This document shows positions 50,624 to 60,485 of a DNA stretch of 64,000 nt, in pieces. Both the position numbers and the translations under genes were made by a program. Numbering within the stretch: the stretch's first letter is position 1; each line of letters starts with the position of its first letter. Origin of the DNA: an uncultured cyanobacterium. GTDB taxonomy: Bacteria; Cyanobacteriota; Cyanobacteriia; CAKZMO01. The notes beneath the pieces were generated by a model that was given only the letters and a program-made list of their open reading frames with translations, did no database searches and had not been told where the DNA came from. The stretch spans positions 192,001 through 256,000 of the forward strand of contig CAVRCJ010000005.1 in assembly GCA_963719515.1 (NCBI GenBank), given 5' to 3'.

Positions 50624-53032
50624 ATGGCAAACAAGCTGAGGTTCTCGGCTGACGGAAAACAGACAGCTCTGCGAGCGGCTCATCGACGGTACGGCGCGAA
50701 TACCTGGCAAAGCCGGCTGAGCCGGGCGGCTGCGGTGCATCGGCAGACGGTTCGAAGGGCGCTGATTGACAGGGAACTGGTCCTGCTAGACAGCTTTGAC
50801 AAGATTTGTATGGCGCTCGACCTAGAGATTGATACGGTCAGCGACCCAGATTCTGACCAAGATGATTTGAGCAACGGAAGCAGCGCAGTTAACTCAGCTC
50901 AAAAAGGCCTTAGTCACGGTAGCGACTTAAATGGCGCTGTTCAGAGCGTGCGCAGCTGCGTCCGCGATCGCATTCAGCACGACTGCGGCACCATTCAAAT
51001 GTTGGCTAGCCGACTGCCTATTGGCCAATTCGTCGAGCTGAGCCTCTATCCACTGCTGGCGCTCCCATCAGAGCAGATGCAGTTTACCAGAGGGGGGGGA
51101 GGAGGTAGCCCCGTAGGTCGCGAAAGTTTTGACCGCATCGGCGTGCCTCAGCAGGCTGAGAGCGCTATCTCCTGTCGGGATGCCGCTCTCAACTACAGCC
51201 GACTGCTTGTGTATGGGTGGCCAGGCAGCGGCAAAACCAGCTACCTGAAGTGGCTTGCAACCCAGTGCAATCGGGGCGAGCTGCTGCCTGGCCACGTTCC
51301 CGTATTTCTAGAAATGCGCTCGTTTGCTCCCAAGGCCAGACAGCAAACCCTCTACGACGAGATTCGACAGTACTTTGAGAACTGCCGCGTCGAGGCTGTA
51401 GAGCAGGTAACCCGGCGATTGTTGATGGAGGGGCGAGTGTTTTTGCTGATCGATGGGCTCGATGAGGTTTCAGAGTCCCAGCGATCGCTCGTGTATACCC
51501 AAGTCGAAGAAATTCTCCGTACCTTCTACAACTGCCGGTTTGCCTTCTCCTGCCGGCTGCCGCTGCCGCTACCCTTTGGGGGCTCGTTTGAGAAGATGCT
51601 CATTGCCCCATTTAGCGCTAGGCAGCGGGCGACCTACGTACGTCGCTGGTTTGAGACAGCGCGAGCGGAGAACCCAGAGCAGATTGCGCGCCAGTTCTTA
51701 GAGCGGCTGGGCAAGCACGTCACCTACGGTGAACTGACCCGCACCCCCATTTTGCTCGACCTGCTGTGCCGGGTGTTTCGGCAATACAGCCGCTTTCCCT
51801 ACACGAGGGCCGATGTCTACGACTTAGGGCTCCACAGCCTGCTGCGAGAGGAGGCCCACAACCTGCGCAACAGCAGCGTCTTGAAGGACATCTCTCTAGA
51901 AACGACCCGCGACCTGCTGCGGGCGATCGCCGCTGAGTTTTTTCTGCGCCCTCAGATTCAGACTGCCTTTGATCGGCGAGAGCTAGAGCGTAAGGTGGCG
52001 GACTACTTTGTTTCCACCTCGGACATCGCGAAAAGCAGCGTCGCCGCCTACCGGATTATCACCGACGTCGAGCTGACCTACGGCCTTGTCGTCCAGCAGG
52101 CGTCAAACCTTTGCTCTTTTTCCCATCTCACCTTCCAGGAGTACTTTACGGCGGAGTATCTGGTCAACGCCGATCGGCAGCTGGAGGTCCACCCGCATCT
52201 CACCAACCCCCAGTGGCGGTTCGTCATTCAGCTGGTGGCCGAGCTGCTGCGCCCTGAGCAAACGGAGGCCTTCTTCACTGGGCTAGCCCAGTCTGTCGAT
52301 GCCCTGGTGCTTGAGAACTCCAAAGTTCTGCAGTTTCTTGACTGGCTCGACCAAACCGCAGAGATAGCTGCGCTTTCGGCGCGCGCCGAAACCCCCTACA
52401 AGCCGACTCTTCTAAGAGCCTGGTACTTTGCTTTCACCCTAGAAGACCGCTTCATCGCCTCAGCCGCTCACAGAGTCCGGCAGTTCGAGTTCCCCGACCT
52501 CGACTATGCTACGAGCACGCTGCGCAGCGACGCGCTAGACCTGCACACGCTCCTTTACCGCGCCTGGCACACCACCCGGCTAACCGCCGTCAACACCGCC
52601 GACACTGCCCACCGCTATGCCCCAGCAGAGGCTCGCTCCGGCTACCGGCAGTTTGTCCGCATCGTGGACGAGATTTATACCAGAGTGCGCCGCAACCCAA
52701 AGCAAGAGGTGCAGTTTGATGCCTGGCGCGATGTGATTCGCAACCAGCAGCAGCAGCACCGCATTCCCCAAGACTGGTGGGACCACAGCCGGGGGTACTG
52801 GCGGCAGCGGGTAGAGCGCTACATGTACAGCGCCCACAGTCTGCGCTGCGATTGGGAGTTCACCGAAGAAGACATCGCGCTGCTCAGAACCTACTACAGC
52901 GCCACGAAGCTCCTCTCGATTTGCCTAAACCTGGCAAGGCATGTTCCGCAGCGGCAGTACCAGCAGCTCGTTGAGGGTATGCTGCGGATAGCTAGGCCGT
53001 CGCCCGTCACCCCTTTTGAAGGATGGCGCTAG
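50624..53032 (+). CDS. NACHT (STAND) NTPase with N-terminal HTH-like and C-terminal helical (NCH-like) domains
   Basis: Walker A GWPGSGKT, Walker B FLLIDGLDEV, TPILL, FSHLTFQEYFTAEY, C-terminal DWEFTEEDIALLRTYY...LLSICL. Confidence 0.9.
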   Translation: MANKLRFSADGKQTALRAAHRRYGANTWQSRLSRAAAVHRQTVRRALIDRELVLLDSFDKICMALDLEIDTVSDPDSDQDDLSNGSSAVNSAQKGLSHGSDLNGAVQSVRSCVRDRIQHDCGTIQMLASRLPIGQFVELSLYPLLALPSEQMQFTRGGGGGSPVGRESFDRIGVPQQAESAISCRDAALNYSRLLVYGWPGSGKTSYLKWLATQCNRGELLPGHVPVFLEMRSFAPKARQQTLYDEIRQYFENCRVEAVEQVTRRLLMEGRVFLLIDGLDEVSESQRSLVYTQVEEILRTFYNCRFAFSCRLPLPLPFGGSFEKMLIAPFSARQRATYVRRWFETARAENPEQIARQFLERLGKHVTYGELTRTPILLDLLCRVFRQYSRFPYTRADVYDLGLHSLLREEAHNLRNSSVLKDISLETTRDLLRAIAAEFFLRPQIQTAFDRRELERKVADYFVSTSDIAKSSVAAYRIITDVELTYGLVVQQASNLCSFSHLTFQEYFTAEYLVNADRQLEVHPHLTNPQWRFVIQLVAELLRPEQTEAFFTGLAQSVDALVLENSKVLQFLDWLDQTAEIAALSARAETPYKPTLLRAWYFAFTLEDRFIASAAHRVRQFEFPDLDYATSTLRSDALDLHTLLYRAWHTTRLTAVNTADTAHRYAPAEARSGYRQFVRIVDEIYTRVRRNPKQEVQFDAWRDVIRNQQQQHRIPQDWWDHSRGYWRQRVERYMYSAHSLRCDWEFTEEDIALLRTYYSATKLLSICLNLARHVPQRQYQQLVEGMLRIARPSPVTPFEGWR

Positions 53033-53044
53033 CCTACCCTCGGC

Positions 53045-53788
53045 CTATTTGCCTTTCCAGCGGTGGCGCTCCCGAATCGAGTCAGTCTCGGCATCTCGGC
53101 GCTCTAAAATTTGCCGCAGCGATCGCGCTGGCATCTGCCGAGGCTTATCGTCTTCCGTCTGCTTATCGTGAATAGACCCGTCCGGCATGACGGTTTCTTC
53201 TAAGTTAGCGTGGTCTAAGTTGGTTCCTTCCATGTTGGCACCCGCGAGACTCGCACTGGCGAGGTTAGCGCCACTCAGGTCAGCGTTGCGCAAGTCAGAT
53301 TCGATAAAGTCGGCCCCCGTGCAGTTGGCCCGACTTAAGTCGGCGTCCCGGAGGTCGGCCATAATCAGCCGTGCGCCTCTCAGATCGGCCCCAGTTAAAT
53401 TCGCCCCCCGCAGGTCGGCTTTAATCAACGCTGACTTACTGAGGTCGGCCCGAATCATATCGGCGCCTCGCAGGTCGGCATCGTCAAGCTCCACCGACTG
53501 CATCTTGCTTTCGATCAAGTTGGCATCCCGCAGCGTCGCGTCCCTCAAGTCACCCAGGTTGAAGCGCGCCCGCGCTAGGTCAGCGCCAGAGAGGTCAGCG
53601 CCGCTCAAGTTGGTCCCAACAAAGCTGTCGCCGTGGAGGTCAGCGCCACTCAAGTCGCTACCGCTGAGATCTTTGCCTCTAATCTCGGCGCTGCTCAAGT
53701 CAGGGCTGACTTCAGGGTTGTCGCGTCGCCACTGATTCCAGCTCTCAACTCCACCTTTGAGAAAACCCATATGATCTTCGTTGGCCAC
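53045..53788 (-). CDS. Pentapeptide repeat protein
   Basis: A(D/N)LxG repeats. Start GTG 53788 with AGGAG RBS (MANEDH...GVESWNQWR). Confidence 0.92.
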   Translation of the reverse strand: MANEDHMGFLKGGVESWNQWRRDNPEVSPDLSSAEIRGKDLSGSDLSGADLHGDSFVGTNLSGADLSGADLARARFNLGDLRDATLRDANLIESKMQSVELDDADLRGADMIRADLSKSALIKADLRGANLTGADLRGARLIMADLRDADLSRANCTGADFIESDLRNADLSGANLASASLAGANMEGTNLDHANLEETVMPDGSIHDKQTEDDKPRQMPARSLRQILERRDAETDSIRERHRWKGK

Positions 53789-53980
53789 GGGTGCCCTCCT
53801 AAAATTGATTACAGCGTTGCCTTTCCCTATCTTGTCTCGCATCGTAGCGGCAACGGCAGCTATCGTCACTGTGCTAGGGAGGTATCTGTGGCACTCTTCT
53901 AGCTAGCGATCGCTGACGTTGAATTTCGCTTGCTTTAGAATTAGACCCCCTTCCACTTCGCTTCAAATTCACCTCAAACA

Positions 53981-54823
53981 ATGAGCATTATCAAAGGCAG
54001 ACGGCTAATCTGGGTGGGAATGCTGCTGGCCCTGTGGCTGTTGTGCAGCGGAATGACTGGGGCTACGGCGTTTCCTCTGCGCGATCGCCTGCAGCAGTTT
54101 CCGATTTGGACCAGTAAGCCCCCGGTCAAAGCTGCCGTTGGGGATTTGGCCTACCCCGACGGCTTTTTGGGCAACTGGCGGGTTACCACGACGCTGATCG
54201 ATTTGGCGGCCCCCCTTGCCCCAAATATTGTCACACCAGGGTTCGAGGGTAACCGCGACCATCTCGATCAACCGATAACTTTTGAGGCCCGGTTTGTGCG
54301 ATCACCCGCCAACCAAGCCGCCCTAACGTCGCTGCCGGTGACGCCGCTGCATATTATTCCCCTCACCCGCCGCCTGTCCCCGGTAGTTGCCGACCGCGCC
54401 TTTAATGGCCTTAACCTAACAAAGGCCTACCTCAACCAGTCTTCTGACGGCATGGGAGACCTAGTGCAGCAGGTAAAGGTGGACCCGGGTGCTCCCAACC
54501 GCCAAGTGACCCTGATGAGAGGAGATCGCCAGCTGGTGTCCACAATTACCGGGCGGGCTACCGAAATACCCGCCCCCAATACCTTCGTCACCAGTGAGGT
54601 ATTTCAGCAGGTGTTTCGCGGCCTGCCCCAGCTCTACCTCAACGAGGTGGAATCCACCACGGCCTACCGCTGCGATACCGACTGCGCAGCCGTTCCCGCA
54701 ACCCTCATCGCAGACCAAGTCACAGCGATCTACCTCTCCCCCCAAGATCCCAGCTTCTTCGAGAGCAGAGCGCAGCCCGCAGCGCTGTATCGATACGGAA
54801 TGGTGCTGGAGCGCCTGCCGTAG
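53981..54823 (+). CDS. Conserved exported hypothetical protein (DUF6816-like)
   Basis: Signal-like N-terminus, GDLAYP..F.G.W, VVADRAFNG, YLNEVE.TT.Y, AIYLSPQDP. Confidence 0.7.
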   Translation: MSIIKGRRLIWVGMLLALWLLCSGMTGATAFPLRDRLQQFPIWTSKPPVKAAVGDLAYPDGFLGNWRVTTTLIDLAAPLAPNIVTPGFEGNRDHLDQPITFEARFVRSPANQAALTSLPVTPLHIIPLTRRLSPVVADRAFNGLNLTKAYLNQSSDGMGDLVQQVKVDPGAPNRQVTLMRGDRQLVSTITGRATEIPAPNTFVTSEVFQQVFRGLPQLYLNEVESTTAYRCDTDCAAVPATLIADQVTAIYLSPQDPSFFESRAQPAALYRYGMVLERLP

Positions 54824-55158
54824 GCTTCACTGGAGCAGCGTCAGGGCGGTATTTACGACTCGCAGGGCGGTTTCCGTAGCGGGGGCGATCGCTGATAATG
54901 GGGGAATCGTAGGTGGTGCTATATCCAGCCTGCGAGGCAACAGCTGACGACTGTAGCGCTGCTAATATCGAGACCTAGCGCGAAGTTCCTGGTGACTATG
55001 TGTTGAGATATTTTACAATTGTTGTAATTGCCACCTACCGATGGTGCATACGCGGTGCCATGGTCAAGTTAACCCTAACCAGGATGTGGTCACAGCCCCC
55101 AGTTTGATTTAGCCAATTTATCGCAGTTAGTTTGTCGCAGATTACATCGAGAGCAACC

Positions 55159-57249
55159 ATGAAAGACCTCACCCGTTATCGAAATATTGGCATCTTCGCC
55201 CATGTGGACGCTGGTAAAACCACTACTACCGAGCGGATCTTGAAGCTCACCGGCAAGATCCACAAAATCGGTGAGGTGCATGAGGGAGCGGCAACAACTG
55301 ACTTCATGGAGCAAGAGCAAGAGCGCGGCATTACGATTCAGTCCGCCGCCACCTCCTGCTTCTGGAACGACCACCAGCTCAACATCATTGACACCCCCGG
55401 ACACGTAGACTTCACCATCGAGGTATACCGCTCTTTGAAGGTGCTAGACGGCGGCGTCGGCGTCTTCTGTGGATCTGGCGGCGTAGAGCCTCAGTCTGAA
55501 ACCAACTGGCGCTACGCCAACGACTCTAAGGTCGCCCGCATTATCTACGTCAACAAGCTCGACCGCATCGGTGCGGACTTCTTCCGCGTGGTAAAGCAGG
55601 TGGACGAAGTGCTAGCGGCGAAGCCCATGGTGATGGTGCTGCCCATTGGCACCGAGGACGACTTTTCGGGCGTAGTGGACCTGTTAACCCGCAAAGCCTG
55701 GGTGTGGGACGACTCCGGCGACCCCTTGAACTATGAGATCAAGGACGTTCCCGAGGATATGAAGGACGACGTCGAAGTCTACCGCACCGAGCTAATCGAG
55801 CTGGCGGTGGAGCAGGACGACGACATGATGGAGAAGTACCTCGAAGGCGAGGAGCTATCCATTGACGAGATCAAGAAGTGCATTCGTAAGGGCACCCGCG
55901 ATCTGGCCTTCTTCCCCACCTACTGTGGCTCTTCCTTCAAAAACAAGGGTGTGCAGCTGGTGCTAGACGCCGTTGTGGATTATCTCCCCAACCCTAAAGA
56001 AGTGAAGCCTCAGCCTGAGGTGGACCTAGAGGGCAATGAGACCGGCGAATTCGCCATCGTTGACCCCGATGCGCCCATGCGAGCGCTGGCGTTCAAAATT
56101 ATGGACGATAAGTACGGGGCGCTCACCTTTACGCGCCTGTACTCCGGCACCATCTCCAAGGGCGACACGGTGCTCAACACCGCCACCGGCAAGAGCGAGC
56201 GCATCAGCCGCCTCGTGGAAATGCACGCCAACTCTCGGGAAGAAGTTGATTCAGCTCAGGCGGGCGACATTATCGCCATCGTCGGCATGAAAAACGTGCA
56301 GACGGGCCATACCCTTTGCGACCCCAAGAAACCGGCAACCCTAGAGCCGATGATCTTCCCTGATCCGGTGATCTCCGTTTCCGTAACGCCCAAGAAAAAG
56401 GGCGACAACGAGAAAATGGGCATGGCCCTCAGCAAGATGGTTCAGGAAGACCCCTCCTTCTACGTGGAGACGGACCAGGAGAGCGGTGAGACCATCATCA
56501 AGGGTATGGGGGAGCTGCACCTAGACATCAAGGTGGACATCCTCAAGCGCACCCACGGCGTGGAAGTGCAGATGGGTAAGCCCCAGGTGGCCTACCGCGA
56601 ATCGATCACAAAGCAGATTCAAGACAGCTACACCCACAAGAAGCAGTCCGGTGGTTCAGGTCAGTACGCCAAGATTGACTACATGATTGAGCCTAACGAG
56701 CAGGGTGAGGGCTTCGCCTTTGAATCTAAGGTGACCGGCGGTAACGTCCCTCGGGAATACTGGCCTGCAGTCCAAAAAGGCTTCGAGACCAGCATCGACA
56801 AGGGGCCGCTGGCGGGCTTCCCCATGGTGGACATGAAGGTGACCCTGAACGACGGCGGCTTCCACGCCGTAGACTCCTCGGCTATTGCCTTTGAGATTGC
56901 TGCCAAGGCGGCCTACCGGCAGACGGTGCCCAAAGCCGGTCTGCAGCTGCTAGAGCCGATCATGAACGTGGATGTGTTTACCCCTGACGATTACCTGGGT
57001 GACGTCATCGGCGACCTCAACCGCCGCCGGGGCCTGATCAAGTCTCAGGACACCGGCCCCATGGGTGCCCGCATCAAGGCAGACGTGCCCTTGAGCGAGA
57101 TGTTTGGCTACATCGGTGACCTGCGCACCATGACCTCAGGTCGTGGTCAGTTCTCGATGGCTTTTGGTCACTATGCGCCTTGCCCCAGCAATGTGGCAGA
57201 GGACGTAATCAAGGAAGCTAAGGAGCGTCAGGCGGTCGCTGCCGGCTAA
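55159..57249 (+). CDS. fusA: Elongation factor G (stand-alone paralog)
   Basis: [46 protein letters not shown]. No rpsL/rpsG/tuf neighbours. Confidence 0.95.
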   Translation: MKDLTRYRNIGIFAHVDAGKTTTTERILKLTGKIHKIGEVHEGAATTDFMEQEQERGITIQSAATSCFWNDHQLNIIDTPGHVDFTIEVYRSLKVLDGGVGVFCGSGGVEPQSETNWRYANDSKVARIIYVNKLDRIGADFFRVVKQVDEVLAAKPMVMVLPIGTEDDFSGVVDLLTRKAWVWDDSGDPLNYEIKDVPEDMKDDVEVYRTELIELAVEQDDDMMEKYLEGEELSIDEIKKCIRKGTRDLAFFPTYCGSSFKNKGVQLVLDAVVDYLPNPKEVKPQPEVDLEGNETGEFAIVDPDAPMRALAFKIMDDKYGALTFTRLYSGTISKGDTVLNTATGKSERISRLVEMHANSREEVDSAQAGDIIAIVGMKNVQTGHTLCDPKKPATLEPMIFPDPVISVSVTPKKKGDNEKMGMALSKMVQEDPSFYVETDQESGETIIKGMGELHLDIKVDILKRTHGVEVQMGKPQVAYRESITKQIQDSYTHKKQSGGSGQYAKIDYMIEPNEQGEGFAFESKVTGGNVPREYWPAVQKGFETSIDKGPLAGFPMVDMKVTLNDGGFHAVDSSAIAFEIAAKAAYRQTVPKAGLQLLEPIMNVDVFTPDDYLGDVIGDLNRRRGLIKSQDTGPMGARIKADVPLSEMFGYIGDLRTMTSGRGQFSMAFGHYAPCPSNVAEDVIKEAKERQAVAAG

Positions 57250-57280
57250 CGGCAATGATTCGCTGAAGCAATAGCTCGCT

Positions 57281-57327
57281 AAAACAAACGAGGTGTGGCA
57301 CCTAGAGCACCACACCTCGTTTGTTTT
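57281..57327. terminator. Bidirectional terminator between fusA and the GrpB gene
   Basis: AAAACAAACGAGGTGTGG...CCACACCTCGTTTGTTTT inverted repeat. Confidence 0.85.
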
Positions 57328-57375
57328 GACGCTAGACGATCCCATTCGCAAAAAGTAGTTTTCTGTATCCAGCGC

Positions 57376-57963
57376 TCATCTTGAATCCTGGCGCAAGGCG
57401 GCGGCTTGTCTAGCTTTTTGCATGACCGACTCTATATATACCGTTTTGCCCGCCGTGTACGCCTCGCGATCGCTTGAAAATCGCTGCGCTAGGCAACGCT
57501 TCAGCTGCGCATACCGCGACGCTTCATCCGGGTGCTTCCGCAGATAGTCCCTAAACATTAGGCGCTCCCACAGGGCGCTATCTGCCGCCACGATATGAAC
57601 GTGATGCGTGCGCGGGCCGTTGGGAGGCAGCCCGCGCACGAAGAACATCCGCTGTGGGTCAGGATTTTCCTTCCAGTAGGCATAACCTAGCTTTTCTAGC
57701 GGAGAGACGGCCGTTTGCTTTGCCCGTTGCAGACAGCAAACCCCAACTAAGAGATCGATGATAGGTTTGGCGGCCAAGCCGGGTACTGCAGTACTTCCAA
57801 AGTGCTCAATACGAGTCACAAGGCCTTCTTCTGCCGTTGTCAAAAGACGCGAAGCTTCCTGCTCAAACAGCGCTGGCCAGCTGGGGTCGTAATCGCTGAT
57901 TAGAACGTTGTCCACTGGTCTCTCTTTAGCAAGACGATTGCCAAGTGTCCTCTGGGTAATCAC
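57376..57963 (-). CDS. GrpB/UPF0157 family protein
   Basis: YDPSWP..F, IEHFGSTAVPGLAAKPIID, FRDYLR.HP, YT.GKT. Confidence 0.9.
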   Translation of the reverse strand: MITQRTLGNRLAKERPVDNVLISDYDPSWPALFEQEASRLLTTAEEGLVTRIEHFGSTAVPGLAAKPIIDLLVGVCCLQRAKQTAVSPLEKLGYAYWKENPDPQRMFFVRGLPPNGPRTHHVHIVAADSALWERLMFRDYLRKHPDEASRYAQLKRCLAQRFSSDREAYTAGKTVYIESVMQKARQAAALRQDSR

Positions 57964-58090
57964 CTACTTTCCTCAGGTCGTAGCTTGGAAAACTCGAGAA
58001 CTCAGCCACAGGCCGAACGCCCCTTTCAAATTAGCCCGTTTTGTCCTGATAACGGCATGAATTAGCGTATCTATTGGCGTCTCTATGTAG

Positions 58091-59633
58091 ATGCTGTTTA
58101 TGTCACATCCTTTGAAGACCGGTGGCTTGCTGACGACGGCTTTCCTTTCTTGGAGTGCCCTTGACGTCGTCTCTCCCCACCCGGTGCGCGCTCAGCCCAA
58201 TCCCCCCGCACCCTCTGTACAGCCTCTTCCCATTGTCCCAGCGATCGCACCTCAGGCGATCGCCCCCCTCCCCTCGCCGCTGCCGCAGGTTCCCGGACGA
58301 GACTACATTCCGTTCACGCCGGTTAGCGCCCTGGTGCTCGATGTTGCCCCTACAGCCGCGCCCGCCGCTGGCGAAATTGCCGGAATCGAAATTGAGGTAA
58401 TCCCCTTTTCTGAAGCTGCTGAAAGCTCCGGGGTTGACCGAAGGGAATGGGAGGCGAGTACGGTGTCTTTGAACATCGACAGGCCCAGCAGCCTACCGAT
58501 GGTTGAGCGGATTCGTTCTGTAGACGAAAGCGACTCTGGAGAGGGTGAGTATGAGCACAGCACGGTTTTGGCTGGCGAAGCAGGCCACGGCGAAGCAGGC
58601 CATGGCGAAGCAGATCGCGGCGAAACAGGTCATGGCGAAGTGGGCCACGGTGAGGTGGCCCAGCGAGACAAGCCACGGTGAGGTAGGCCACGGTGAGATA
58701 GGCCACAGCGACGCAGCGGCCAGCAAAAAATCTGAGCTTTTAACGCTTGCCGGTGGGACGGTAGCACCGCCCGAGACCCGAGGCTGGTTCGATCGCCAGA
58801 TGGCTGAGACCGCGGCCCGCCAGAAGTCCCAGCGGGAGGCCCAGCTGCGGGAGAATTTGATTGGCTCGGTGCGGCAGCATGTCGCGCAAAACAATATCAC
58901 AGCGGCGCAGCAAATTGCCCAAAACCCCGTTTTTCTAGATGCGGAACGGACGGCCCTGCAGCAGGCGATCGCTTCTGCCCCAAGGGTTAGCACCCCTGCC
59001 AGCAGCGAGCCGACAACTGAGCTAGCTCAAGACGTCGCGAGACTAGCGGCCCGGCAGGCTTGGCTCTTAGAGCGGTTGCCTGCGATCGCGACGCCTAGCT
59101 GCGAGCCTGAATCCGCGCCTGGCGCGGCAGGCCCGTCACTCCCTGGCTGCGCCGTCCAGCGGGTTGAGTCAAACTACGGGTGGCTGATTGAAGCGGCAAA
59201 TCGGGCGTCCTATCCCGCTCTTGACTTCTCAGGATCTCTCCCGCTAGCGGCTGCAGCGCCCGTCACCTCCCGGTATGGCTGGCGCGTCCATCCTATCTAT
59301 GGCAATCGACGCTTTCACGCTGGGGTGGACTTCGGCGCTCCGTTGGGAACGCCGGTGCATGCTTCCTTGTCGGGCTATGTCGAGACGAGCGAATACCTAG
59401 AAGGCTATGGCTTTACCGTCGTCTTGGAGAACGCCTCAGCCAGAGAGCGCCACCTATACGCTCACCTCGCTGATCTAGGGGTGCGGGCAGGGCAGTGGGT
59501 TGAGCAGGGACAGGTCGTTGGCTGGGTAGGAACGACCGGCAACTCCACGGGTCCTCATCTACATTTTGAGATTCATCGCTTAAACCAAGACGGTTGGGCA
59601 ACCGTCGATCCTCTGTCTGTAGCGTCGCAGTAG
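58091..59633 (+). CDS. M23-family metallopeptidase, split by a frameshift inside a His-containing tandem repeat
   Basis: ORF 58091-58681 carries the signal peptide. ORF ending 59633 carries HAGVDF, HLYAHL, STGPHLHFE. The frames join at 58649-58661. Confidence 0.8.
58574..58706 (+). repeat. Nine-unit 15-bp tandem repeat encoding (G/S)E(A/V/T/I)GH, one unit only 13 bp
   Basis: Units such as GGCGAAGCAGGCCAC, GGCGAAGCAGGCCAT, GGTGAGGTAGGCCAC. Unit 6 is GGTGAGGTGGCCC. Confidence 0.9.
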
Positions 59634-59779
59634 AGGGCGAGGGTCGGAGCGCAAGCGTTGGCTTCCGGTGGCCACTTTCGGTCGATGGGCGAATACCAGG
59701 ACCGGGGTTGGGTATGCTATGGTCGATCCTAGTCATTGTGGGTCGAAACCTATCCCGGTTTGGTGGACATCGAGGCGTT

Positions 59780-60448
59780 GTGGACCAAAATCGTCCTGAT
59801 AAAGCAGCAAATAACTCCCTGAAGCAGAAGCGAATAGAGGCGGAGCGCATGCGAGACGTGCTGCTTTTGCTGGAAGATCTATTTCGGGCTCAAGAGTCGA
59901 CTATCAAGCTCATTTTTGACCGTCTGTACGATGTGGGTTCAGTCCACCTAATAGACCAGAAGCTCTCTTCCCGCCTCCTCAACCGATTGACCCGGGCGAT
60001 CGCTCCTGGAGCAAAGCCTGTTTTTCGAATCGTTGGGTACCTTTGGTTTAGAAATAAATGCCCAAAGCTAATTGCGAACTGGCTCTATAAAAAGGTGGCG
60101 TCGGGTCAATCGCTACCGACCCTAATTCAAGAGCTAGAAGAGGCCGAGCTCATAGCATTGACCCAGGTGTCGTCCCCTCCGCTACCGCCGGTGCTTCAGC
60201 CCGCGAGGCAGCAATCCGACCTGGTGGTTGTCGCTCAATCTAGCCAAGAGATTCGCAAGCTGCGATCGCAGGTGCAGTTTCTGCTGGGAGCGCTCGCGGG
60301 AACCGTCATGCTGCTGGGCAGCACGACGCTGTGGCTGATGCGCGATTCGACCCCACTGCTGCTGAGGCCGATTAACCCCGCTACGGCCTGCCTCGGCGAG
60401 GGCGGCTGTCGCGAAGCGCCAGTCGAAGCAAAATCGGCTTTAGAATAA
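59780..60448 (+). CDS. Conserved hypothetical protein with C-terminal TM helix
   Basis: LYDVGSVHLI...CPKLIANWL..KV, coiled coil EIRKLRSQV then TM. GTG start with GAGG RBS. Confidence 0.7.
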   Translation: MDQNRPDKAANNSLKQKRIEAERMRDVLLLLEDLFRAQESTIKLIFDRLYDVGSVHLIDQKLSSRLLNRLTRAIAPGAKPVFRIVGYLWFRNKCPKLIANWLYKKVASGQSLPTLIQELEEAELIALTQVSSPPLPPVLQPARQQSDLVVVAQSSQEIRKLRSQVQFLLGALAGTVMLLGSTTLWLMRDSTPLLLRPINPATACLGEGGCREAPVEAKSALE

Positions 60449-60485
60449 AACCGATAGCCCCTCTTTCACCCCCGCATAAGCCATC

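Noticed and set aside
51092..51099. G8 tract in the NACHT gene (and C9 at 22141-22149) as phase-variation switches
   Set aside because: Both genes are in frame and the tracts encode Gly or Pro linkers. No evidence of variation from a single sequence.
53187..53735. 182-aa repetitive ORF on the + strand
   Set aside because: Antisense shadow of the pentapeptide repeat gene.
58574..58706. Possible CRISPR array
   Set aside because: Contiguous 15-bp coding repeats with no spacers and no cas genes. No CRISPR array was seen anywhere in the window.
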